A stretch of 64,000 nucleotides of DNA from an uncultured Chlorobiaceae bacterium. Its GTDB lineage: Bacteria > Bacteroidota > Ignavibacteria > UBA10030 > SZUA-254. Both the position numbers and the translations under genes were made by a program. The notes beneath the pieces are model-generated. The model had not been told where the DNA came from and ran no database searches. It saw nothing but the letters and a program-made list of their open reading frames with translations. Positions 1-10,312 of the stretch are shown here, one piece after another. The stretch spans positions 4,536 through 68,535 of the forward strand of contig CAYGZC010000028.1 in NCBI GenBank assembly GCA_964354225.1. The letters are read 5' to 3'. The number at the start of each line of letters is the position of its first letter. Positions within the stretch are counted from its first letter, which is position 1.

Positions 1-66
1 AGGCCATTGGATGAATACAGAGTAGTTGTTCAAGGAGAGGAGGTATTCATTTCTAAAAAGTTATGA
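1..66 (+). CDS. C-terminal end of a probable Rieske 2Fe-2S subunit (partial, starts before the window)
   Basis: The frame ending at TGA 64-66 reads ...[21 protein letters not shown]. This resembles Rieske C-termini. The stop overlaps the cytochrome b ATG (ATGA). Only 21 codons are visible. Confidence 0.45.
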   Translation, partial: RPLDEYRVVVQGEEVFISKKL

Positions 67-1142
67 AAACACTTTGGCGAAAATTTTATAAGTGGATCGA
101 TGAACGAGTTGAGCTTGAAAATCTGGTTGAGTTCATGGGAAAAAAATACGTCCCCGTTCATCGGCATTCTATATGGTATTACTTTGGCGGTGTATCACTG
201 TTTCTCTTTATTATCCAGGTAATCACCGGTATTATGCTGCTTCTCTATTATAAAGGTGGAGAAGAGCTTGCATTCGAGAGCATTCAGTTTCTTATGTCGA
301 AGGTACAATTCGGCTGGTTAATTCGTTCCATCCATAGTTGGGCCGCAAACCTGTTCATCCTCGCGGCAATGATCCACATGTTCAGTGTATTTTTCGAGCG
401 GTCATACAGAAAACCTCGTGAAGTTACCTGGGTGACTGGGATGCTGATGTTCTTCCTCGCACTCGGTTTTGGTTTTAGCGGTTATCTTTTACCATGGAAT
501 GAGCTTGCATTTTTTGCAACAAAAGTCGGAACCGATATTGCCGGTGTTGTGCCCTTCATCGGAAAACCACTGATGGTATTTCTCAGGAGTGGTGATGATG
601 TTACCGGTGCCACACTCTCTCGTTTCTTTGGTTTCCACGTAGCTGTATTTCCGGGAATTTTCACAGTGCTGTTAGGTATACATCTTATTCTTGTGCAGCG
701 ACAAGGCATGAGCGAACCAATTGGTATTCTTACTGAGGATAAAAAAGAATTAAGAACGATGCCGTTCTTTCCAAATTTCCTGTTACGTGATATTCTTCTC
801 TGGTTGATTGTATTGAATCTGCTTGCAATTCTTGCAGTATTTTTCCCATGGGAATTGGGACATAAAGCCGATCCATTTGCATCAGCTCCGGCCGGTATCA
901 AACCCGAGTGGTACTTTCTTTTTATGTTCCAGACTTTAAAATATATCCCCGCGAAGGTTTTGGTTATTGATGGTGAGATTTTAGGCATTTTGCTTTTCAG
1001 TATCGCCGGTTTGTTCTGGCTCCTTGTTCCATTTTGGGATCGGAAGAGCGCAAGAGGCGAGAAGAATCGTTTCATAAATTATATCGGCTTGTTCGTTGTT
1101 TTATACATCATCCTCTTTACAATTATTGGATGGGTCGCATGA
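63..1142 (+). CDS. Cytochrome b of a bc-type quinol oxidoreductase (b plus subunit IV-like halves fused)
   Basis: 359-aa polytopic ORF. Cytochrome b hallmarks: [10 protein letters not shown]...MIHM, GYLLPW and [10 protein letters not shown]. Confidence 0.9.
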   Translation: MKTLWRKFYKWIDERVELENLVEFMGKKYVPVHRHSIWYYFGGVSLFLFIIQVITGIMLLLYYKGGEELAFESIQFLMSKVQFGWLIRSIHSWAANLFILAAMIHMFSVFFERSYRKPREVTWVTGMLMFFLALGFGFSGYLLPWNELAFFATKVGTDIAGVVPFIGKPLMVFLRSGDDVTGATLSRFFGFHVAVFPGIFTVLLGIHLILVQRQGMSEPIGILTEDKKELRTMPFFPNFLLRDILLWLIVLNLLAILAVFFPWELGHKADPFASAPAGIKPEWYFLFMFQTLKYIPAKVLVIDGEILGILLFSIAGLFWLLVPFWDRKSARGEKNRFINYIGLFVVLYIILFTIIGWVA

Positions 1143-2617
1143 GAAGACAAATATTAATGATCGAAATTGTTGTTGTAACAACAATCTTATTCAGTGGATT
1201 AATAACAGCCGCCGATCAGTGTTTGAAATGCCACGAAGGACTGGGCGATAAACAATCTTCAATGTTCAAACATGGTATTCATTTTTCGAAAGGTATATCT
1301 TGTGCGGGCTGCCACGGAGGTAATTCAAATACTGATGATATGGAGCAAGCAATGAGCGCGAAGGAAGGATTCATCGGCGTGCCAAAGGGTGACGATATCT
1401 CAAAAACATGCGCTAATTGTCATTCAAATACCGAGAGGATGAAAGAATTTGGCTCATCACTTCCCACAAATCAATGGGAAAACTTGCAAACAAGTGTTCA
1501 TTCAAAATCTGCACTGAAGGGAAAAGAGCATATTGCACAATGTACCACTTGCCACGGTATTCACAACATCGTCTCTACTAAAAATCCAACGTCACCCGTC
1601 TATCCATTAAATGTTGTGAAAACTTGTACAAAGTGTCATGCTGATATTGCTTCTATGAAAACGTACAATCCGTCGCTGCCGGTAGATCAATTGGAGAAGT
1701 ATCGAACGAGTATACACGGGATGAAGAATGCAAAAGGTGATTCGAAAGTTGCTGAATGTGCAAGCTGCCATGGCAGCCACGATATACGTAATGCGAAAGA
1801 TGCGAAATCAAAGATATATGCAGTGAATCTACCCCAGACTTGTTCAAACTGCCACAGCAATGCCGAGTACATGAAAGAATACAATGTACCGACGAACCAA
1901 TTCGAGAAATTCTCGAAGAGTGTTCATGGGTTGGCTCTTCTACAAAAACACGATGTTGCTGCGCCTGCCTGTAACGATTGTCATGGGAATCATGGTGCCA
2001 CACCACCCGGTATTGAGTCAATATCAAAAGTATGCGGTACATGCCATGCATTAAATGCCGATTTGTTCTCAGCAAGTCCGCATAAAAAAGTATTTGATGA
2101 AAGAAAACTTCCTGAATGTGAAACATGCCACGGAAATCATGAGATCATAGCTGCAACAGACAAACTTCTCGGAGTTTCTCCCAATGCAGTTTGCAGCAAA
2201 TGCCACCATGAGAATGAAAACCCAAAAGGATATGTTGTTGCAAAAACAATGCGACAGCTTATCGATACCCTTGAATTTTCGGAACAGAATGCCAATTCAG
2301 TGGTAACTGATGCGGAACAGAAAGGTATGGAAATCTCGGAAGCAAAGTTCAAGTTAAAAGATATTCGGCAATCAAGATTGCAGGCGCGCACGATGGTTCA
2401 TTCGTTTAACGAGGAAAAATTCCGTGAAGTTGTTGAAAAGGGATTAACAGTTTCATCGGTTGTTGCTGAAGAAGGCAAGCAGGCAATCGATGAATATTAT
2501 TTCCGTCGATGGGGATTAGGCATTGCGACATTGTTCATTACAATTGTTGGAATTTCGTTATACATAACCATCCGGCGGATCGAGCGTAAGCAGCAAAACA
2601 AGACATTTATTAAATAA
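1139..2617 (+). CDS. Membrane-anchored multiheme cytochrome c with 11 CxxCH motifs
   Basis: 11 CxxCH motifs, four of them in a repeated CxxCHGxH context. N-terminal signal/anchor [24 protein letters not shown] and a C-terminal TM helix ([17 protein letters not shown]). I chose the ATG at 1139, which overlaps the cytochrome b stop (ATGA), over the track start at 1034. Confidence 0.85.
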   Translation: MRRQILMIEIVVVTTILFSGLITAADQCLKCHEGLGDKQSSMFKHGIHFSKGISCAGCHGGNSNTDDMEQAMSAKEGFIGVPKGDDISKTCANCHSNTERMKEFGSSLPTNQWENLQTSVHSKSALKGKEHIAQCTTCHGIHNIVSTKNPTSPVYPLNVVKTCTKCHADIASMKTYNPSLPVDQLEKYRTSIHGMKNAKGDSKVAECASCHGSHDIRNAKDAKSKIYAVNLPQTCSNCHSNAEYMKEYNVPTNQFEKFSKSVHGLALLQKHDVAAPACNDCHGNHGATPPGIESISKVCGTCHALNADLFSASPHKKVFDERKLPECETCHGNHEIIAATDKLLGVSPNAVCSKCHHENENPKGYVVAKTMRQLIDTLEFSEQNANSVVTDAEQKGMEISEAKFKLKDIRQSRLQARTMVHSFNEEKFREVVEKGLTVSSVVAEEGKQAIDEYYFRRWGLGIATLFITIVGISLYITIRRIERKQQNKTFIK

Positions 2618-2629
2618 GAAAGAGAAATA

Positions 2630-4873
2630 ATGAATTTAGGCCAAATTAGTATACTAATTGGATTCTTTGCGGCACTTGGTGCAACAATTGCATTCTACAG
2701 AAGTGAAAAATTAAAAACATCATTAAAATCTGGGCAAGCTCTGCTCACTTCCGGTCAAAAGATATCGAACAGGTTGTATCTAATAATGTTTGCTTCCGGA
2801 CTTGTTGCATCTGCGGCTCTTTTCTATCTAATATTGACACATCAATTCCAATATTCGTATGTTGCTCGCTATAGCTCACGAGACCTTCCATTGTTATATT
2901 TGATATCAGCTTTTTGGGCTGGTCAAGAAGGTACTTTTCTATTCTGGGTTTTGATGACGAGCATTATGGGATGGATGTTCCTGCGCGCAACTAAGAATGA
3001 AGACGGCTATGCAATGTCGGTTGTCAGCGGATTCTCTGCGTTTCTTTATATATTGATGTTAGTGAAAAGTCCTTTTGGGACAACAACAACTATTCCTGCC
3101 GATGGTTCTGGATTGAATCCGTTGTTACAAGATCCATGGATGGCGATTCACCCGCCGATATTGTTTTTGGGGTATGCGGCAACAACTTTTCCATTTGCAC
3201 TTGTAATATCCGGACTAGCCAGAAGAAATTATGAGCGCTGGTTTTCATCAGGATTTTCGTGGACACTTTTTGCATCCCTCGCGCTCGGTGCTGGAATTAT
3301 CATCGGTGGCTTTTGGGCTTATGAAGTTTTGGGCTGGGGTGGTTATTGGGGATGGGACCCGGTCGAAAATTCATCCCTCGTTCCCTGGATCACATTACTT
3401 GTGCTCATGCACGGACTCGTCGTTCAAAAATCAAAAGGTTCGCTGGTACGAACTAATATTTTCTTTGCGATTATTTCATTCGTTCTTGTAATCTATGCAA
3501 CATTTCTTACCCGAAGTGGTATCCTTGCTAACTTTTCCGTTCACTCGTTTGAAGATTTAGGTATCAATAATTATCTGATTGGCGGGATGGTGCTCTGCAT
3601 CGTGTTAGGTATCGGATTGTTTCTAACGCGTTTCGGCGGAATTAAATCTCCAAAGGTTGATTTATCGAACATAAATAGAGAGATGACACTTTTTTTAAGT
3701 CTCTATGTTCTGGGTGCGAGTGCTTTATTTATTTTTGTAGGGATGTCGTCTCCAATCATTACCGGCTTGTTAGGCAAAGCATCGCAGGTTGATACTTCGT
3801 TCTATAATAAAGTAAATTTGCCCATTGCGATTGTGATGGCACTATTACTCGGAATAACTCCATTTCTCGGCTGGACTGAGGAGAAAAAATCCGGTTTGCT
3901 GAAACGAATTTCAATGTCACTCGCATTGACTGTCCTTGCGTGCATCATCTCGTATGTTGCCGGGGTTACTTCTGTTCTATTATTATTGTTTGTCGGAAGT
4001 GCAGTGTTTGGTTTGATCAGTAATGTCATAATTGTATTCCGGCAGTATCGCTCAGGTCTGCTTACTATTGGTGGACCGATTTCTCATATTGGGGTTGCAT
4101 TACTATTGATTGGAATTATTGGTTCTGGTAAATTCGATGAATCAACAAAAACAATCTTAAAGCAGGGTGAGCCGCAGTCTATTTACGGATATCAATTTAC
4201 ATTTCAAGGGATATCAAATCCGACCGCGCTCAAACCGTTAATCAATATTGAAGTATCAGATGGTAAAAGCTCTTTTATTGCCAATCCAAAATTATATTAC
4301 AGTGAATACAATAAAGCAATGATGCGCGAACCGGATATCAAGGTTCTTCCTTTGAAAGATTTGTATATATCACCACTCGAATTGAAATCCTTTAAGTCGG
4401 AACACGCTCACAATCCGGCATATGAAATCACGAAAGGTGAAACGAAAGATATTGGCGGCTATCAAATGAGCTTTGTCCGATTCGACATGGGGCAGCACCA
4501 AACGGGTGGAATGGCTGTGGGTGCAGTGCTGAATGTGACAGTAAACGGAAAAACCCAAGAAGTAATTCCACAGCTAACATTCAATGAGCGCGGAGAGCGA
4601 AAACCAATTCCTGCCGATTTGCCAACGTTGAATCAGATGGGAAGCTATGCAGCGAAACCGCAGATTGCCCTTACTGCCATTAGTGTTGAGGAGAAAAAAA
4701 TTATGCTTGAGTTGCTCGGCTTTAGTCAGCATATTGGCACTCCGCAGGTGCAAGAACTTGTTGTTGATATCAGCATCAAGCCGCTAATGATGGTAGTTTG
4801 GACGGGCGTTGTTTTGATTATGGTTGGAACGCTGATTGCATGGCGACGGCGGATGCTTCAAAAAGCAGAATGA
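2630..4873 (+). CDS. ccmF: CcmF/NrfE-family cytochrome c heme lyase (System I type)
   Basis: 747-aa polytopic ORF. WWD motif GWGGYWGWDPVENSSLVPW and FWAGQEGTFLFWV, both typical of CcmF. It has a C-terminal soluble domain plus a final TM helix. Confidence 0.8.
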   Translation: MNLGQISILIGFFAALGATIAFYRSEKLKTSLKSGQALLTSGQKISNRLYLIMFASGLVASAALFYLILTHQFQYSYVARYSSRDLPLLYLISAFWAGQEGTFLFWVLMTSIMGWMFLRATKNEDGYAMSVVSGFSAFLYILMLVKSPFGTTTTIPADGSGLNPLLQDPWMAIHPPILFLGYAATTFPFALVISGLARRNYERWFSSGFSWTLFASLALGAGIIIGGFWAYEVLGWGGYWGWDPVENSSLVPWITLLVLMHGLVVQKSKGSLVRTNIFFAIISFVLVIYATFLTRSGILANFSVHSFEDLGINNYLIGGMVLCIVLGIGLFLTRFGGIKSPKVDLSNINREMTLFLSLYVLGASALFIFVGMSSPIITGLLGKASQVDTSFYNKVNLPIAIVMALLLGITPFLGWTEEKKSGLLKRISMSLALTVLACIISYVAGVTSVLLLLFVGSAVFGLISNVIIVFRQYRSGLLTIGGPISHIGVALLLIGIIGSGKFDESTKTILKQGEPQSIYGYQFTFQGISNPTALKPLINIEVSDGKSSFIANPKLYYSEYNKAMMREPDIKVLPLKDLYISPLELKSFKSEHAHNPAYEITKGETKDIGGYQMSFVRFDMGQHQTGGMAVGAVLNVTVNGKTQEVIPQLTFNERGERKPIPADLPTLNQMGSYAAKPQIALTAISVEEKKIMLELLGFSQHIGTPQVQELVVDISIKPLMMVVWTGVVLIMVGTLIAWRRRMLQKAE

Positions 4874-4905
4874 TGTTATGAGATAGTTTCACTTACAAAA
4901 TTGAA

Positions 4906-4934
4906 AGCCCCGCCGACAGCCGGTGGGGCTTTTT
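4906..4934 (+). terminator. Intrinsic terminator after the ccmF-like gene
   Basis: AGCCCCGCCG-acag-CCGGTGGGGCT hairpin followed by TTTT. Confidence 0.7.
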
Positions 4935-5170
4935 AATTTACACAACATTCTCAGCGTATCTTTGTTGAGATGTCTCACGCAGAGGTACAGAGGATACAGA
5001 GGAAAATTCAAGAATTTTTACATTTTTTATCATGTTGCAAGTGAATGACAATTTTTCTACCTTTTTAGGCAGAAACTAAATTAAAAACAGTATTGAACCA
5101 ATAATATAATATTTAATTAGCGTAGCTTCGGCTACTGTCTTTTCGTAATCTAGTAACTTATGACATACAA

Positions 5171-7555
5171 ATGAGTAAAGAAGCATTCTCTCGTGTTTTA
5201 ATTGATAAAGCTCTTGAAAATTCAGGGTGGGATTTATTGGATCCGCATTCTCTTGAATTTGAGCATCATTCGATTGATGGACGCGCGGATTATATCTTAA
5301 AAGATAAATATGGGCGTGCACTCTGCGTGATTGAGGCAAAGAAAGAAGAACTCGATCCGTACGATGCAAAAGAACAGGCACGCGGGTATGCTGCGAATCG
5401 TAATGCACCATTTGTTATTCTTACTAACGGCATTGTTCATTACTTCTGGAATCTTCAGCAAGCTGCGCACCAAGATGCATATCGCATTGAACGGCTGCCT
5501 TCTAGAGAGGATTTAGAACGACAACTTCTTAAGAACCTTAATCCTCCGCGCCAATTACAAACGGAACGCATTACACCGGAGTATCTTAAACCATTACGGG
5601 GCGACTTAACACTTCGCGGCTATCAAATCCGGGCAATGGATGTGATTGCACAGCAGTTTGATACTTTAGGAAAAAGGAAGTTCCTCCTTGAAATGGCAAC
5701 GGGAACCGGCAAAACATTACTTTGCGCTGCATTGATTCGAAGATTTCTTTTAACAAGAAATGCCGAACGAGTTCTTTTTATTGTGGACCGCATCGAACTC
5801 GCCAAACAAACAATGGAAGATTTTAATGTTATTCTTCCTGAGTATAATCCTGTCATTTATAAGACAGCGAGGAGAACAGGTGAATTGTTGGGTTCATCTG
5901 TGGTTGTCGCAACCATCCAATCTTTACTGATGGATCGTAGATACCGCGAGGAATTTACGCCGTTCTATTTTGATCTCGTTATCAATGATGAAGCTCATCG
6001 TTCGATTTACGGCGATGCACGCGAGGTTGTTCAATTTTTCCAAGGAACACGCCTCGGATTGACAGCAACGCCAAAGGCATATTTGAAAAATGTGGACGCT
6101 GCCAAACTTTCTCAGGAAAATCCAAAAGCATTAGAAGCACGTCTCTTGCGGGATACATATCACTATTTTGGCTGTGAACCCGGAGAGCCAACATATCGGT
6201 ACGATATCATCGATGCTGCAAACGATCCGGAAGGACCATTCCTCTGCCAACCGAAAATCTTCGATGTGCGTTCAGACATTACAACACAAGCACTGGAAGA
6301 TGCTGGTTGGACAGTTACCATCAACGAGCAGGAAGAAACATACAAGATTCAAGACCTTGAAAGAAAAATATTTACTCCTCACCGAAATTATGTCATGTGC
6401 GATGCGTTCTTACAGAATGCACAACGGTCACCGGATGGGCAGATTGGCAAGTCCATTATCTTTGCAGTGAACCAAACACATGCAACTGCTATTACCAAAA
6501 TACTGAATGAACTTCGCCCGAGTGTTGCGCTTACCATTACGTCACGAATTCCCGATGCTTCGAGCTTAGCAAAGGAATTCCGTGATGGCAAACGATCCGA
6601 ACGCGTTGCTGTTTCTGTGGACATGCTTTCGACCGGATATAATTGCAGAGACCTTCTCAATGTTGTTTTAATGCGACCTATCTTTTCTCCTACCGAATAT
6701 ATCCAGATCAAAGGGCGGGGAACAAGAAGATACGCATTTGTCATAAACAACGCAGAGTACGAGAAGAAGTATTACTTCCTATTAGATTTCTGTGCCGTTG
6801 CCGAGTACTTTGAAGAGAAATATGATTACAACGCACCGCTGAAGGTTCGTACCTCTGGTGGTTCTACATCTGCGCCGGTTCGTTATCAGCCGCCTGAAGG
6901 TGGTGGGATTGTAAGCGATACCGGAGAAACATACAGCCCAAGAACGGATATTCCAACCTGGGAAGGTATCGACCGCGTTATCAAACAAGAAGTGCGTATC
7001 GTCGGGCCAAACGGCGAAAAAGTCGATGTGATGACATTCCGCGGATCGTTCGAACGAGACATAAAAGATTATGTGCAGATGGATGAAGAACTTCAGCAAG
7101 CTGTGGAAATAGAAGATGACGATTCCATTGAGACAATTGTGCAGGAACGATTCTATCATCGCCCGGAAATGTTCTATTCACCGGATAAGCTGATTATTTC
7201 ATATGGTGTCCCTGCTACAACTCCTGCATTTGTATATAATGCGCTTGGTAAGAAACCATTGCCGACAAAACAGGAAATCATTTCGGATACGGTCGATTCT
7301 ATCGCAGCGCAGTTTAACCTTCGGTACAATGAACAAAAATGGCTAAATGCCACAGCGGAACTCATTGCAGATGATCCGGCAGCTTTGAAAGATTTCTTAG
7401 AAGGAAAAACAACAATTTTTGAACGAAGCCAATTTAGGTTACTAGGTGATCTTCATGCTTTAATGCAATTCAGAGAGCGCGATGCTGCCTTTGAAGCTCT
7501 GCGGCAGTCATTGTTGGTCCGTCAAGTTACATTGGCGGCAGGAGCAACAACATAG
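5171..7555 (+). CDS. hsdR: Type I restriction enzyme R subunit
   Basis: N-terminal PD-(D/E)xK nuclease-like region (DGRADYIL...VIEAKKE). Helicase motif I MATGTGKT, motif II INDEAHRS, motif VI QIKGRGTRR. Followed by hsdM and hsdS. Confidence 0.85.
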   Translation: MSKEAFSRVLIDKALENSGWDLLDPHSLEFEHHSIDGRADYILKDKYGRALCVIEAKKEELDPYDAKEQARGYAANRNAPFVILTNGIVHYFWNLQQAAHQDAYRIERLPSREDLERQLLKNLNPPRQLQTERITPEYLKPLRGDLTLRGYQIRAMDVIAQQFDTLGKRKFLLEMATGTGKTLLCAALIRRFLLTRNAERVLFIVDRIELAKQTMEDFNVILPEYNPVIYKTARRTGELLGSSVVVATIQSLLMDRRYREEFTPFYFDLVINDEAHRSIYGDAREVVQFFQGTRLGLTATPKAYLKNVDAAKLSQENPKALEARLLRDTYHYFGCEPGEPTYRYDIIDAANDPEGPFLCQPKIFDVRSDITTQALEDAGWTVTINEQEETYKIQDLERKIFTPHRNYVMCDAFLQNAQRSPDGQIGKSIIFAVNQTHATAITKILNELRPSVALTITSRIPDASSLAKEFRDGKRSERVAVSVDMLSTGYNCRDLLNVVLMRPIFSPTEYIQIKGRGTRRYAFVINNAEYEKKYYFLLDFCAVAEYFEEKYDYNAPLKVRTSGGSTSAPVRYQPPEGGGIVSDTGETYSPRTDIPTWEGIDRVIKQEVRIVGPNGEKVDVMTFRGSFERDIKDYVQMDEELQQAVEIEDDDSIETIVQERFYHRPEMFYSPDKLIISYGVPATTPAFVYNALGKKPLPTKQEIISDTVDSIAAQFNLRYNEQKWLNATAELIADDPAALKDFLEGKTTIFERSQFRLLGDLHALMQFRERDAAFEALRQSLLVRQVTLAAGATT

Positions 7556-7607
7556 TTCTTTCATTTGTCATCACCACGTGTAAAGAAAAAAGAAACGAAC
7601 AAGTCTT

Positions 7608-9119
7608 ATGCAAAACGGAACAACGAAAACAATGAACGGCTCTAATTTCTTCTCCTCGGGATTGCGTGAAAAGATCGACCGCCTAATGAATGTTCTGTGG
7701 GCGGGAGGCGTCAACAACCCGATGGATTCCATAGAACAGCTTTCATATCTCGTCTTTCTACGCCTGCTTTCCGAGCGGGACGAAATGCAAGCCGCATTGG
7801 ATAAAAAGTATAAACGCATCTTCTCGGGCGATTGGGCAAAGTATGCATGGGGCAACTTTGTTACGCTTACCGGCGACGCATTGTTCGATGCCGTCCGTGG
7901 AGCGATAGAAAAATTTTCCGAGCTTCCCCAGCTTTCGTCAACCGGTAAAGAACTTTTCCGGCAGGCGAATTTAAAAATATATGATCGGCCTACACTTCGC
8001 ACAGTCATTCAAGAACTGAACGAAATGGATATATCTCCACACAGCGGGCAAGATATCAAAGGAGATATGTATGAGTATCTTTTGAGTAAGCTTGCACAAT
8101 CGGGCACCAACGGACAATTCCGTACACCGCGCCATATTATCGATATGATCGTTGCTATCGTCGATCCGAAACCAAAAGACCGTATTTGTGATCCCGCATG
8201 CGGAACGGCGGGATTCCTTATTGCCGCTTATACACACATTCTTCAGAAAAACACAAAGTCGGCTGATCTTGCACGCGGTGTGAAAGACGGAAGCTCGTTA
8301 AGCCCGGCGGAATTCAAATTTCTTGAAGAGCAGGCGTTTACGGGATACGATAATGATCCCAATATGGTCAAGATCGCTATTATGAATCTCTATCTTCATC
8401 AACTTGATAAAGCAAAAATTGAACGTTGGAATCCGCTTACGGCCAATATAGGTAATTCGTATCCCGGCAAGCTATACGACGTAATTCTTGCCAATCCACC
8501 GTTTGCAGGAAAGATTCAGAAAGAAAGTATACTTGCCGACATCGGATTAGATACGCGCGATACAGAATTACTTTTTGTCAAATGGTTCATCGATCATTTA
8601 GCGCCCAAGGGGCGTGCCGGTGTGATTGTACCAAATGGTGTACTCTTTGGTTCCAGCAAGGCAGATAAGAAAGTGCGCGAGCTTCTCTTAACAACATGTG
8701 AGTTGCAGGCAGTGATTAGTTTGCCTTCGGGCGTGTTCAAGCCGTATTCCGGTGTCGGCACGGCAGTGCTCATCTTTCAAAAACATTCCCCATCTAAGTC
8801 TGTCTGGTTCTATGAATTGACAGCAGATGGATTTTCGTTAGATGATAAGCGAATTCCAAATCCAGAAAAACCACTGGGCGACATTCCCGATGTTCTTGCC
8901 AAATGGCAAACAAAAGAAGAAGGACCAAATAGTTTCTGCGTTCCAATTGAGCGGATAGAGGAAAACAACTGGAACCTTATGGCGGGACGATACAAACCGT
9001 TAGTTGTTTCTACTGTAAAGCATGACCCGCCGGATACAATTATTGGCGAGATTATAGAACTTGAAACAAAGATAGCCGACCGCGCGGCGAAGCTCCAAGA
9101 GGCACTGCAGAAAAAATGA
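7608..9119 (+). CDS. hsdM: Type I restriction-modification N6-adenine DNA methyltransferase M subunit
   Basis: SAM-binding motif DPACGTAGFL and catalytic NPPF (ILANPPFAGK). HsdM N-terminal-like helical domain. Confidence 0.9.
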   Translation: MQNGTTKTMNGSNFFSSGLREKIDRLMNVLWAGGVNNPMDSIEQLSYLVFLRLLSERDEMQAALDKKYKRIFSGDWAKYAWGNFVTLTGDALFDAVRGAIEKFSELPQLSSTGKELFRQANLKIYDRPTLRTVIQELNEMDISPHSGQDIKGDMYEYLLSKLAQSGTNGQFRTPRHIIDMIVAIVDPKPKDRICDPACGTAGFLIAAYTHILQKNTKSADLARGVKDGSSLSPAEFKFLEEQAFTGYDNDPNMVKIAIMNLYLHQLDKAKIERWNPLTANIGNSYPGKLYDVILANPPFAGKIQKESILADIGLDTRDTELLFVKWFIDHLAPKGRAGVIVPNGVLFGSSKADKKVRELLLTTCELQAVISLPSGVFKPYSGVGTAVLIFQKHSPSKSVWFYELTADGFSLDDKRIPNPEKPLGDIPDVLAKWQTKEEGPNSFCVPIERIEENNWNLMAGRYKPLVVSTVKHDPPDTIIGEIIELETKIADRAAKLQEALQKK

Positions 9120-10312
9120 GCAAGTGGGAAAGCAAAAAGTTGCTTGATGTTGCCTATGTCATACGGGGTGTTACGTTTGACAAGGGAGATGTAAGCAATT
9201 CGCTATCAGAAGGTTTGGTTCCTATCCTCCGTGCTGGAAATATTGGAAATAAACTCGATACGAAAAACGATCTTATCTATGTGCCCGCTCATAAAGTGGG
9301 AAAAGAACAATTACTTCAAGTCGGTGATGTCGCAATTTGTATGTCTTCAGGTAGTCCTGATATAGTTGGAAAAACCTCGAAGTTGGAGGAGACATGGAAA
9401 GGGTCTGTTGGTGCTTTTTGTGCAATCATACGATTTAATCAAAATGTTATTCCAAAATTTGGGGCTTTATATTTTCAAAGTCGTGCTTTCATTTGTTGGA
9501 GAAAGCAGCAAGCCGAAGGTGCGAACATAAAGAATATAAGAAAATCCGATCTTGAATCATTGATGTTACCAGTTCCCCCGCTTACCGAGCAAGAGCGCAT
9601 TGTACTCATTTTGGACGAAGCGGAAGAAATGAAGCGGCTCCGCGCCCAAGCCAGCAACCGCACCGCCGATCTTATACCTGCTTTGTTGGATGAGATGTTT
9701 GGGGATATAGGATCAAATAATAAAAAATGGAATTTCTGCAAACTTGGTGAAATCTGCATGATAAACCCACGGTTTATTGGAAAAGAATTGATAGACGAGG
9801 ACGAGGTATCATTTATTCCAATGAGTGAAGTTGATCAAAACGAGGGGAGAATATTATCAAACTTAACCGTAAAGTTCGGAGATGTTAAACGAGGATATAC
9901 ATCATTTATTGATGGCGATATTCTTTTCGCTAAAATCACACCTTGTATGGAAAACGGAAAAGCAGCATTTGTTAATAACCTATTCAATGGTGTTGGTTTT
10001 GGCTCTACTGAATTTCATGTACTCCGACCAAAAAAGGAAATTGATGCAATATTTCTTCTCTCATTGATTCGAAGGGAGAGTTTTAGGCAACAAGCAAAAG
10101 CAAGCTTTACTGGTACAGCAGGACAGAAACGTGTCCCTGTTGATTTCTTAATAAATTACTCTTTAGCTTTACCACCGCTTGCTCTTCAAAAAGAATTTGC
10201 AGCAAGAGTGGAAGAAATCCGCGCGATCTCATCGGATCAATCTGTTGCAGATCAAAAGCTCGAATCTCTCTTCCAATCACTTCTCCACCGTGCATTTGAA
10301 GGAGAATTATGA
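9116..10312 (+). CDS. hsdS: Type I restriction-modification specificity subunit
   Basis: Two target-recognition halves, each followed by a conserved helical spacer (LPVPPLTEQERIV... and LPPLALQKEFAARVEEI...). The start overlaps the hsdM stop (ATGA). Confidence 0.85.
   Translation: MSKWESKKLLDVAYVIRGVTFDKGDVSNSLSEGLVPILRAGNIGNKLDTKNDLIYVPAHKVGKEQLLQVGDVAICMSSGSPDIVGKTSKLEETWKGSVGAFCAIIRFNQNVIPKFGALYFQSRAFICWRKQQAEGANIKNIRKSDLESLMLPVPPLTEQERIVLILDEAEEMKRLRAQASNRTADLIPALLDEMFGDIGSNNKKWNFCKLGEICMINPRFIGKELIDEDEVSFIPMSEVDQNEGRILSNLTVKFGDVKRGYTSFIDGDILFAKITPCMENGKAAFVNNLFNGVGFGSTEFHVLRPKKEIDAIFLLSLIRRESFRQQAKASFTGTAGQKRVPVDFLINYSLALPPLALQKEFAARVEEIRAISSDQSVADQKLESLFQSLLHRAFEGEL

Noticed and set aside
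482-1075. 197-aa antisense ORF inside cytochrome b, and similar antisense ORFs (e.g. 1653-2126, 6388-6750, 7571-8008, 21865-22260)
   Set aside because: They overlap motif-supported genes on the opposite strand and have no motifs of their own. They are typical shadow ORFs.
1034-1138. N-terminal extension of the multiheme cytochrome ORF ([11 protein letters not shown]...)
   Set aside because: It lies entirely inside the 3' end of the cytochrome b gene in another frame. The ATG at 1139 gives a normal signal anchor and an ATGA overlap with the cytochrome b stop.
9116-10312. Phase-variable (shufflon-type) hsdS system
   Set aside because: There is only one hsdS gene. No inverted partial hsdS copies and no recombinase are nearby.
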